The translations under genes and the position numbers were made by a program. Positions 1-11,300 of a stretch of 64,000 nt of DNA are shown here, one piece after another. Location: contig DF237091.1 in assembly GCA_000708835.1 (NCBI GenBank), positions 1-64,000 of the forward strand, read 5' to 3'. The notes beneath the pieces are model-generated. The model saw nothing but the letters and a program-made list of their open reading frames with translations. It was not told the DNA's origin and made no database searches. Source of the stretch: Klebsormidium nitens (Eukaryota > Plantae > Klebsormidiophyceae). Positions within the stretch are counted from its first letter, which is position 1. The number at the start of each line of letters is the position of its first letter.

Positions 1-809
1 ACAGAGAGGCGCTCTCGCGTGTCTTCCTTGTCTGTTGGCTGTAAAGCTTGCCCATGGTTTCCGCACATGTGTAAGCAGACTGACAGCCGTATGTGTATTC
101 AGTCCAACGGCGTGCTAACTAGCCCAGCCGTCACAAGAAGCCTCTGACGTGGGACTCTTGTAATTTCTTCCGCTTAAGTTGGATCTAAGGTCGGTTGTGT
201 AATCGCACACTTCATGAAGTAGTATGCTTCAAACCGATTCTTCTATGTCCACCCGTCAAAACTGGCAAGGCGTTTCCGGACAAAGATTGATTGCGTGCGT
301 CTCAATGCAGATGAATAGATTGTGTTAGGACATGCAAAACTCATGGACGCGTGCATGAAATTCGCCTGTATATAACATGACCATTGCAAGGAGTCCTTTG
401 CATGGCGCTATGAGTCAGTAGGACCCAACTTAAGTCGTGGTCAGCAATAAGAACATGCAAAACACTAGGACCAATCACACACAAGTTGCTGTTCTCACAC
501 ATGTCCTACATGCATTAGGTGCTAAATTTGTCTAGCTAGCTGCAAACGAGATTTGGTGAATTTTGTCAACTAGGATACACCCTTTGGCTACTGTCCATAC
601 TCGAGAGCTGCCTATTGATCTTCATTACAAGATGTCAGTATGCATCTACTGCTGCCTTTTTCGATGAGCTAACCAAATCCTCTTTGCTCTCAAATAACAG
701 TCGGAGCCCTTCTTCCTCCCACCGTTTCGGTTTTTCTCTGATACCCTTGGGTACTGAATAGCCAGCCGCGTCGTGGCCTTCTCTTGGCTCGTTTTCGAGA
801 ATGTGTACG

Positions 810-829
810 CGCGCGCTAGCTAGCGCGCG
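810..829. repeat. 20-bp perfect palindrome overlapping the macro-domain stop codon
   Basis: cgcgcgctagctagcgcgcg is its own reverse complement; the TAG stop is at 816-818. Confidence 0.9.
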
Positions 830-1478
830 GCAGCCGCAGCCCCCTTAAGACATCGTGCATCCTGCCGCATGACTCATTTTCACATGGCGAGTAGCATGCA
901 CGGTGCCCATTCCATGCCTCGCTCCAAGTGGTAGGGTGCAGGCCATCCCATGCGGCCCTCATCTGCCTGGCGGCCCTAGCAGGGGGCATCTCGCCAGCCC
1001 CCGTGCATAAGGCAGTGCAGGCTATCGTGTCTATGCGATGTGGCCGGTTTCGTATGGCTGTCAATGCTGCATGTAGTGCCAGATAAGCATTTAAGGTGTG
1101 AGAAACGGGCTCCGGAACACGCATGGTAGGCGCATATGCTACGCACTTGACTGGTGCAGCTGCGGGGGCATCTACAATCATGCAAGAGCCGACTGGGAGT
1201 TCGCCAAGGTGACCTTCTCGTATGGCGGCTTTGACCTTTTCCGAGAAGCGTGGCTCCATCGGTGAGTAGCTGGACATCCGGGCATTGATCGCCCTGTCGG
1301 CGCCGCCGTCAGCGAATGCAAAGCTGTTCCCGGGGGCTATGATGCAGTCAGCTCTGGCAGAGCAGATGCTTCTCGTATGTACGGTCATCGAATCGACACC
1401 CGCAAACGCTGCATGTATAGAGCTTCGAAAACGTCCTGGTCGCGTGCATACACTGACAACCGTAGCATCGAAAGGCAT
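816..1478 (-). CDS. Macro domain (Appr-1''-p processing / ADP-ribose binding) protein, intronless, bacterial/giant-virus type
   Basis: Motifs ADCIIAPGNSFAFADGGADRAI, YAPTMRVP and ALCTGAGEMPPARAARQMRAAW match the macro-domain consensus (ANSFGFMDGGID, APTMRVP, GLGTGVG..A.QM). The first ATG is at 1478, with an AT-rich ATTATATATT just upstream. The ORF track starts at a TTG at 1505. Confidence 0.85.
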   Translation of the reverse strand: MPFDATVVSVCTRPGRFRSSIHAAFAGVDSMTVHTRSICSARADCIIAPGNSFAFADGGADRAINARMSSYSPMEPRFSEKVKAAIREGHLGELPVGSCMIVDAPAAAPVKCVAYAPTMRVPEPVSHTLNAYLALHAALTAIRNRPHRIDTIACTALCTGAGEMPPARAARQMRAAWDGLHPTTWSEAWNGHRACYSPCENESCGRMHDVLRGLRLPRAS

Positions 1479-2341
1479 GCTTCTCTTGAGTGAATATATA
1501 ATCAAGATTTCATCTTACGCGGAGGCCTCAGAAACGAGAATGGGATAATCAGCCGTACCGACTCCTGCGGCCATCGAGTCCCAAAACCCTGTCACATAGC
1601 TCATGATCATCTTAGAGGCCGCATTCTCCAGCCAGTCTCTGTCTCCTTTGTATGCTGGAATTCTCCGTGCCGTCTCGATGTAACCGTCCCCCCTGCGTCA
1701 CGCGAACATTGGGAGTTCGTCTTCTCGAGCCACGAAAGTCATTGATCATTAAAGGCAAACATGCCAGGATAGGGGAAAGAGGCATGGGTGCATTGCATGA
1801 GCTATCAAATTTCGTTCGCCAGATCGATAAGTTGCGCATGGCCGCCTATAATATGTTGGATTCAATTCAACAAAAAATATCAGTACTGATTCGATCACAG
1901 TGTAGCTCGCCATGCATGCAGCATTCTGTCCTATCGCCAGGGCTGACATTCATGCAACCACGCAATCACTTATAAGACCACATCCATGGTCACCAGTACA
2001 TCATGCATCTCATGTGCATGGCGGCCGCCTGCCGCAGTAGCTAGAGCTTATGGCACTACTCGCTGCACTGAGTGTATCCGAAATCAGACCCGGCATCTTT
2101 GACGAATGAAACATCATCAGTTAAGCCTGGAACCATGGGGATGGTCGTGCGGATGTTTGAGATGACATACAAAGATGTTCAGCGTTACATCGTCGATGAG
2201 AGCAATATACCTTGTCAACGACGCGACAATTGTTCGGCCGCCCCTGTGGTAAGTGTATGTCCATTGGCGTCACCGGAAGCTGCCTGACTAGGATACAACG
2301 AACCGCTACCACCCGGTCCACCACCTCATCGCCCGGTAGAC

Positions 2342-5300
2342 TCATTCCTCCGGCCGCCTCAGCCGCCGCACTTGGCTGGGCGACGCTTCCGCAGCCTCCG
2401 GTTGCACGTCCCGAGGCCTCCTCCGTTGCCCCCCCAGCGCCCTCACTAACGAATCTACCAGCGAGTAACTCTGCCGGTGCGCAGCGGCGGGCGGTCTCGT
2501 AAGACCTTCCCTTTCTCGGGCTAACCCGACCTCTTGCCCCCCCCCCTCAGCATCAGCGCCATGTTGCGCAGGTGTCTCGCCGTTCGGCTCATGGAGCCTT
2601 CTCAAGGTACCCCCGCCCTCGGCCGTGACGTCAGCAGCGGTGAGGGTGACGTCAGCAGAATATCCATGGCTTACTGGAGGCCCCGTGCCACCCAAAGAGG
2701 CGTTTGCAGAGCCACCTCCACCGGCGGGCGGTGAGTCCGTCTGCATGTCTTGCAGCGTGCGCCGGCTATCGAACTGTGTCGCATACCCCGCCAGAAGCTC
2801 CTGCTCGATCGATCCTACCGCCGCAAAAGGTGCCCCCCCGGAAGCCGCTTCCCTCTCCGTAGCGCTCTGCTGTAATTCCCGAGCGATTACGGGTCGGGAC
2901 CTCTCAACGGACACTGTCGTCTGTGCCCCCAAAGACGGCGAATCTTCATTTCGAGCCCCCCCGCCAAAGCTCGGGTGTTCGGCGGCCGTCGAAGCGAGCG
3001 TCAGCATCAGCAGCCCGGCGCGCCGTTCCAGGGGGGACGCCGACAGTGCGCGGCGGCGGGGGGGAAGCGGGGGCAGCCCGTCCATCGACCGGCGCCTCCG
3101 GGGGCCGGGGGAGTCCCCGAGCCCCCCTCCCGTCTCCCAGGCGCTTCGGGACCGAATCATCGAGTCGGACGGGTACACTTGCACGCGGCGAATCTGCGGC
3201 CGGGGGGGTTCCCACGAGAGCGGGTCTTCCTCCGAGGAATTGTCGGGAGACGCCGACAAAGTGCCCGCGTCCACTACCCGCCGTTCCCGTTCCCTGGCGA
3301 CGTCACCTTCCGGCTGCTGCACCGAAGTGACGTCCGGCTCGTCCATCTCGACCTCCTCGGCTGCTGACGTCACCTCGGCTGCGGGCGGTTCCGGCAGCGG
3401 AAAGGGAAGCACGTGCCGCCGGCCGAAGCTCCGCCGCAGCCGTCTCTCCCCGAAACGGGGGGGTCGGACTTCCTGGCCTTCAACCCCCCCTTCGTGGACG
3501 TCGTGCCACTCCCCCCGGATAGATTCTCCATCAGAACCGGTACCAGAGTCGTTACCGCTCTGGTGCCCGTCTGCACTAGAACCCTCCCCGCGACTTCCCG
3601 GCCGCGACTCCGCCCCCGATCTAGTTTCTCTGGCAAACTGGTTCATCAGCCGGTTGTGCATCTCAAGAGCGCTCGTCCTCTCATCGCCGTCCCTCGCCAC
3701 AACGTCACCGTTCCTTAGTCTGACGTCACCGTGCCTCGCTCTGACGTCGCCCCCCCTCGCGCCGTGCCTGGCGGCCCTCTGCGGTTCCGGGTAGTCCGGC
3801 GGCATGGTTTCCAACCAGGCGCTTAACCTTCCTGCCCGCGGATCCGACAAGAACCCCCCGTCTACCCTCCTCAAGGCGCCCGGTTGGTTTGAACCGGGCC
3901 CACCCAAACGGCCAAGCCCTGACCCACCCCGGCCAGAAACCCCACCCAGTCTCGGGTCTCGCCCAACTCTTCTTGTCCAGACACCTAGACCGCCCGGTGA
4001 ATTGGATCTTTCGCTTGGGGGAGTTGCGTCGTTCGCTGGGGCGCCATCCGAGTCCCCCCCATGATGCCGCACTGCTTGAGACTCCCCCCCACGAGGAGAG
4101 CCCGGGAGTCGGAGCGAGCGCCCGATGCGGTGTCGGGCGACCGGAGAGTCGTATCCGAGACTGTCGAAGTCGCCGTCGAAGTAAGAGGGGTGATACTCGG
4201 TGCTGCGCGCGGTCGCCCGGAAGCCGCGTTCGGATGGCGGGTCGGACGGGGGGCCATAGCCGGGGTCTGAAGGAAAGCTCTGTGGGCTGTATAACGGAAA
4301 AACACAGCGTCAACATATAAGGAAGGCCTGACAAGGAAAGGACGCACATCCGCACAGCGAGTCCGGCCTGTTCGACCAGAAGTTCCCACCTGACCGATAA
4401 ATCTGCATCCACCAAGTCTCCCAACAGGCGATCGATCTCACGGTTTCCGAGACCCAAACTTCACAAGAATAACGGCCAGGACACTTGACAGTCTTTACAA
4501 CCTTGAAGCTGTGAATACAGAGGGTCACCTGTCAGGCAGAACTGTGTCGGGCGATACCTCAGCAAAACACCAAGCCCACGGCTCCTCCTTAACCGTAAAA
4601 CCGGAAGAGCAATACAAGATTCCAGAAAGAAGAATTACCTGTCCGGCAGATCCGCGTCTTCCAGCTCCCCTAGGAGGAACTCGAGCTCCCCGTCCCCGTG
4701 CATCTCGTCGCGCATGCGCTGCACCGCCTGGTATGGCAGCTCGGGATTGGTGAACAGCACGCGGTACGGGTCGATGCCGAAGTGGCGTGACGTCAGCGCG
4801 GCGAGCGGGGGGATCTTGACGACCCGATGCTGCAAAAGAGCGAATATACGGGTTTAGTAAGCATGATGATCTCGATCGAGAATTTTTGAAGGGGCAAGGA
4901 CTTCGGCGGACTCGAGAGAGGCAGTCTGACTCGGGGTACCTGGACAATGGAAAGAGATTGGTAAAGAGAGAGGAGACCAGCTTGCGGATAAGGCCTGGTG
5001 TCAAGTGGCGCCTCGTCATTGCAGTACGGGCGGAATTCAACCATGCGGTGTCAACGAGTCGAGGCAAATGGAATCGGTCTGAGGGGAGCGATTGTCTCAC
5101 AACATGAAGCAAGATCCACAACGGAACAGGTGAGCAAGTTCAGTGCGCACTGGCCCTAGTACGGGCACGCGGTGCAAGTCCGACTACACATTGCTGTGGA
5201 AGATCGTAAGAAGACTTGTGCAGGAAAGGAGGACAATATGTAAAGTAAAGCGGGATTAGGAGCATTGAAAGCCAAGACTCCATCAGTTCCAATCTGAGGG

Positions 5301-8300
5301 GAGCAACAGCGAGGGCGGGGGCTTTGACAAGAGTGCCTGATTGTGCGCAGGCAGGGGCATCAAAAGAGAAACAGTTGCTGAGCTCGAAATGCTCACAGCG
5401 TTCCTTCATCATAGCCAAAGTCCTTCCAGTCTTTGAGCAAAACACACCGCCGAAACACGCCTATAAACGCACCCCGAGGAGCAGACGCTTCAACTTAACC
5501 GGTAGAGCTGGCATGCACTGTTGAAACATCTGAGAAAGAGAAGTGAGCCAAATTGGCCTCAATTTCAAAGTCTTTGGACACAAGTGGGCGCAAGAGTGCC
5601 CGTCGGTTGGAAACCATCATCGCCAACTTTGTAAGAAGCAAGCGAGAGTCCACACCGAATCTCTCCAGACTAAATGAAGAACATGAAACTATGGCGTTTG
5701 AGCATGTAGCGGGGGAACCGGAACGGAAGCTCTCCCAGTGGAGAGTATATGGCCACGTATAGGGCCGATGAATGAGACAAACTTAAGCCTGTGAAAGGGG
5801 CCGCACTTCTGCCAATGGAACGTGCCCAGATGCTCAACGAAAAGGGGACAGCCACCCAAAAAGGTCTTCGAGGCAGCAACAATCTCAATAAAGGTAAAAC
5901 GCAACAGGTGCGAAGACCTCTGCAACGAAGTAGATGACTGAAGGACAATCGGCCCTCAAGGTCGCAAAGAACGATGGAGGCGGCTGTTCACAAAACAAAA
6001 TGTTGAAGATTGCTCAAAAGAGTGCGACCGCATACAGCCGGTTGTTAAACAGTTCCTACATCAAAAGGCGCCCGGACTCTGGTCGACTGGAGCTCTGAGC
6101 GAGAGATAACGTGCCCATGCCGCTTGGCTATCACTTCAGGTAAATTTGACAACAAACAAATCTGCGAGACCCTCCGAGGCCAACTGGCAGTGATGTCACG
6201 TCACAACATGAACGACAGGACTGGTCGAGGAACGGAATCGTTTCCTGCTTTTTGCATTTGCGCGAGACGACTGACAACTGTCGATAATCTCGGCGCGAGG
6301 CAGCTGCAACAACCTCCACCACAGTTTATCAGGTAACCAAACTTTTTCGCAGTGAGGAAGCAGTTGGCGACCTTTGAGAGATTGCAACAGGTATAAGAAA
6401 AGACCAAACGCTGGTCTCTCCTTTCAAAGTTGCGGAGGCCCTTTCGCCGAGGACCTGTTTTGAGAGGCTTCCAAGCTAGCAGATACTAGTTAGGCCAATT
6501 GACCCTCGGGAATTATCGTCTGTCCGCTGAGTTCGTCAGACTTTGCAACGTCGCACTGACACCTTCAAGACACTTTCTGCATGCGCTCCTGGACTGCCCC
6601 ATTTGTGCGTCCGATGAGTATCGCCAGAGAAGTATCTTCATTGGCACTTCCTGCTGTCATAGCGCCTTATGCAGATATTGTACAACGTCGGACTCAGCCT
6701 CCAAACTATACAATTACCTCCGCCCAGTGCACAGACAAATCCGCTCAGGTATAATTCCCGCTTTCATACCAGAGCTTGAAAAGAAGTTCAGCACAGGCGT
6801 GAATGCACCGGACAACCTCAGTACCTTTTCGACATCCTGTGAAAGTACGGGCGTGCAAGAAGGCCACGGAAGCACGCTCCGGCATGAAGCCTTGTAACTT
6901 CGAGTACGAAGATTGAGACTGGAGGATCACACTCTCTTTATGAACCTGAGATCCGTCAGTGGCAGCAAGGTCCTCATTTCCAAATGAATCATGACCACAA
7001 TTAACGGTATCAAAACGACGTGCCTTCGTCTGTCTTCAACTTTACAATTGCAGCAGAAGGCGGCTTGGCTTTCATGAAAAATGAATACCTCAAAGGTTGC
7101 TGTTGACAAGGTGGACCCGAAGTAGATTGGGCCTAACGGATGGCTTCATGAAAGACGCGCACCGCTGCGTCCTCCTACTTGCGTTGCATTGGACAAGCCG
7201 CACCTTCATCATGGCCATCGGCGTCGTTTACGACGGTATCTTTCTCTCAACGACATTCTCTGCAAGGCATATGCTTTGGCCACGTTGGCTCAAGGCGAAT
7301 CTTTGTTGGGGCTTAATGCCTATGCGCCAATGGTAGCTGCCGTCATCCTCGCCAATTTGGGCCCCTTTAACAAGTGCAAACTGAAATGTCCCGGAGAAAA
7401 TTTAAGCCCGGGAACTGAAGACGTCACCAGAAGCTGAAGGGGCAAGTAAGAGAACGCGCTTCTTGGAACCAAGTAACAAGAAACGAAGGACAAGGATGGG
7501 CAGCAAAAACCGATCGAGAAGTAAAGGTATAGGCTTGGCTTCCTGAAAGCGAAGAAGTCGAAACCAAGCAGCTTGTGGGCTTGGTAGCGAAAGACAACGA
7601 AATGAAGGCAAAAGGCACAAACTTGCAACGGCACTCTTCGAAGTTCAACGAGGGAAACCTCTTAACACAAGCTGGCTGAAACCCTCCGCTCAAAGTTGCT
7701 TTTCTTGGTCTCCAGAGCAAGCAGAGGCTTTGATACACACAGCTGTTACATCCCCTCCTTGACCGCACCCGTATTAAACCGGAGCACTGCACCCAATTTG
7801 CGTACCCTGCATGCCTACAGTAGTGCTCTACATTGAGCTTGTAATTATTCTCATGTCATCGAAACACATTTCTGGAGTACCGCTCGTTTGCTCCTTGCAA
7901 AAGAGTTTCCAACCCTATGTCCTTGCGACGTTCACAATTTGAGCCTTTTGGGCTAAGAACAGAAGAATACAGGCTATGAGCAGGAAGGCTGGCCATGCTG
8001 CTCAGAGTCCTCTCTTCATCGCGATTGAAGTCGTTCAACATGACACATCGAACACAAATCTGACAGGTTGGCTGATCCAAAACTTTGTGAGTCCAAAAGA
8101 TGTCCACACAGGAAAAACGTCCACACAGAGATACTTATTATGAGGTTTCTAACAGAAATGGACTTTGTGACTTCACCAAAGGAAACGTTCTCACTTCCGT
8201 CACGGTTCTGTCAGACAGACTCACATAACTTGAGTCGGATGACCAGTCTGGTATCTCAATGGTCTACTCAAAAATCACCGAAGTAGCATCACTTGACAGC

Positions 8301-11300
8301 CTCCGAGATCCCAAAATATGTGTGGGCAAAGAATCCTCAAGGCCCAGCGTTAGCTTCCGTCATTGCCACTTTCCCAAAATAAAGAAAAAGCCCAACCACT
8401 TCCCTCAATCACCGACATACGCAATGACTAACAAATGGCGCCAAGCGGGATCCAACGAGGCAGAGACGTGAAAGGGTGACCAAGTGGCTGACCCGAGCAG
8501 CGTCGCCCAGGCAATAGTCGGTTTTCTTCTAGATCCATTTTACACGGTTGAGAGTGCAAAAAGATTCCGCAATCATCATGGGCGAGATACGACAGTCTTC
8601 ACGAGGCATAGCGGCTCTTATTACCCCTTCGTAAAGCCAACTGGGGGACTTGCACAGAATATTGCAAGGCTGTGGGCCGGGCACGAGCCTAGCCAGACAA
8701 TGACCATATTTATCAGCCAAGATAAGGCTTTTATCCTAGACTTTACCGGTGCAATTTTCGCAACAGTAACCAGGTAGTCTTCTCCCGGCAAGGGGAGTTA
8801 CTTAGGGCCAGGTTGCAGCTGAGCAAAATGAAACCAAAAGCAACCCTTCTGAGGAAACCCCCAGAATACCAACAGTCCTTAGACGCCCACATTAGACACG
8901 GGCCACCTAAACGCAAGCTTTGTAATCAGATGCAGATTCGTCCTATGAAAGGCGAGCAGAGTTTTCCAGCTCGCTGGAACTTGTTACATCGAATCAATAT
9001 TGTGTCAGGTGCGTGTCAGGTGCAGGGAACGAAGGAAAAAGATCCGTCACGTCCCCTTGCAATCAGCGCCCGAGGCTGTTGAACCTTGAGCTTTGGCACC
9101 AGGAGAACACTGTGCTGCATCAGCAACATCGAGGATCACATCATTTGAGAGGAGTATCGCTTCCAATTCGTCTGCGCCGTACGCAGAAACAACTCGACGA
9201 CAAGAAACTTTCGAGACTGGTCGCAGCTCGGAAGTCTGCGACCAGGCTTTTGAGATAAAGGCAATCAAGAGTACTGTTCCGGAACAAAGCCCCTGGCTGG
9301 TTGTCAATATGAGTAGTAAGGGCCACGAACGCACGTTGAACTGCTTCAAGCAAAACGAGCTTTTCAAGATTCGGAGACGCAAATGGGCTCTGATGAGACT
9401 GTCGGCGCCCCACTGTGACTGTTATGCTCGTCCTGCGAGACTTGGTGCCAGGAGGACTGCCAGTGAGGCTTGTCGATATTGATTTGTTACAAGCGAGGGC
9501 GATCGTCCTTTCCCCGCAACCCAAACTGCTCAGAAGATGGCAGCATTTACCAGAAAGCAAGTGTGTAGCCTCACCACTGGAAAGGAATGTCAATTCATTT
9601 GACGAGATCCTTGAGATACTCATGGTTGGAACAAGGAAAGGCCACCAATGACAAGAAGGGGCTTGCAATGAAGTCAAATCTGCTTACGTTGCTCCGGCAG
9701 ATTTACCTACCAGCAGACCCCGCGACAATAAGACGACTTTGTTTTCAAAAGACACGAGTCCGTGCTGACAGGGATTCGGTCATCGGCTCAGCATTGCCGC
9801 TCAGCGAATGCTCGATAAGGGAATACCAATACCGTTGTAGCAGCAAAGGACGCAAGGCCGCCATTGAAACGGGAAGAGGAGATTGCGAAGCGCTTCAAAA
9901 TGCACCCCTTGCTTTCGAGACCAGTGGATTATCGGAAATCAGAGAAGGAAGCAGTACAATTGTGATGGGAAGTGCGCCGCGACACCGGAAAAAACACACG
10001 ACGAGTTCGATGACCGTGATATTTGCAGGTTTGGAACGCTAAGAAGTGGAAACTCAAACTAGCGCTCATCTCCACGGCTCAGAGATGTGAGCGACAACCT
10101 TTCGGCCCTGGAAGACGATGAAATCCAAAAGATCGCTCTTCTTAATATACTGAAACCACACTGAAGCAGCGCAATCGCGCCAGAACACCACTGTTCTTGG
10201 ACAACCGGTTTCAATGAAGGAAAGCGATGCTGTCCTAAAAAAGTTCGGCCTATGGCAAAAGGCGTCAACAGAATACGCTACCCTACCCTACTGGGCAGGG
10301 GCGCCCAAGTGGCTTAGCTGCATCATCGCCTTTCATTCCAACTAAATCTCGCAAAACCTTCCGTGTGGTGCCATAAAATTGGAAGACCAGGGCGCACGTG
10401 AACCAACGCCCTTCAATGTAGTCTGGACTGATGCAGATACTTAGTAAAGAGACGTCACAAAAACCTTTCCCCATTAATGTGCTGAGCGATTGTGGTGAGT
10501 AAGCCGAAGAAAGCAGTGCTCAGAAACGCAAGATCGTCAGGCAACGCTTCGGTTGCAAGTTCTCGGGGCACCAGCGAACTGGAACCCGCTTGATTGGAGG
10601 CAGACCTTGTGCAACAGACAGCCCGCACGAACGGAAACATCTTCGGGAAATTGCTAAGAAAGCTTCGCGAAAAACCTGACGCCGAACTTTCTGAGACCGT
10701 ACGTAAGGGCATGAGTTATCAAATCAAAGTCGTTTCTTTGCTACACAGAAGCATCAAGTCAAAATCTCGAGAAGAAAGCCGCTTGCCAAGATATGCCCCA
10801 CCGAGTGAAAATCCTAGCTCGCTGAGTCCGTCCACCAACGGGTGCTTCCGGTAGAAATTTGCAAAAGAATCGCGATGGCCTCTGACTGTGACATCGTGGG
10901 TAGCAGTCCATCAAAGGACACCCACTCTTACAACCTCAATCATAGCCAAAAATGGTGGTAGAAAGAGCGGAGCAAATACACATCACGACGTAAGTAAACA
11001 GAACTCAACCTTGTTAATCGTGGTTCGGGAAACTTCAGCCTGAGGCGTACCTCAGGACAGTTGCATGCGTGTCGTAAGGCAAAGAGCCCCTTTCCTGACA
11101 GCGTCTTTCACGTCTAGAAGGATCACCTTCAGACCTTTCAAAGATCCAAGAGGGAGGCACAGTGGACGCTGCTTTTACTGGTTTATTGGCCAACTGCCCC
11201 ACAATACGAGTCGTCCGTGTTGTGAGGGCCGGATTCCCCACCATGCGACACGCTTCCAAGCCCAGAAGCAAGGGAAGGGGAGCAATGGAGAAGAGCAAAA

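Noticed and set aside
240-305. MBD-like fragment FYVHPS..RFRTK
   Set aside because: Too short, needs a frameshift, and has an upstream stop; cannot be supported.
2625-3794. 389-aa plus-strand ORF, and similarly 51494-52462 (+)
   Set aside because: Antisense shadows of GC-rich exons of PRT1 and EFL1, with no recognisable domain.
4943-5050. HRMVEFRP...SIVQ as a real PRT1 exon completing the ZZ finger
   Set aside because: There is no AG acceptor (preceded by TGA, an in-frame stop) and it is frameshifted relative to exon 6. The true His comes from the 4829 exon, so this is treated as a ghost.
6580-6690. Plus-strand RING-like CPIC..CCH..C..C peptide
   Set aside because: Incomplete ligand set, no start or splice context, and antisense within the PRT1 intron; likely chance.
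9141-10474. Possible LRR/F-box pseudogene (SPNLEKLVL resembles PNLEKLVL in the F-box gene)
   Set aside because: The adjoining residues align better with PRT1 exon 6 (ALT.H...P..LF.N..L...LE..L); no LRR periodicity follows.
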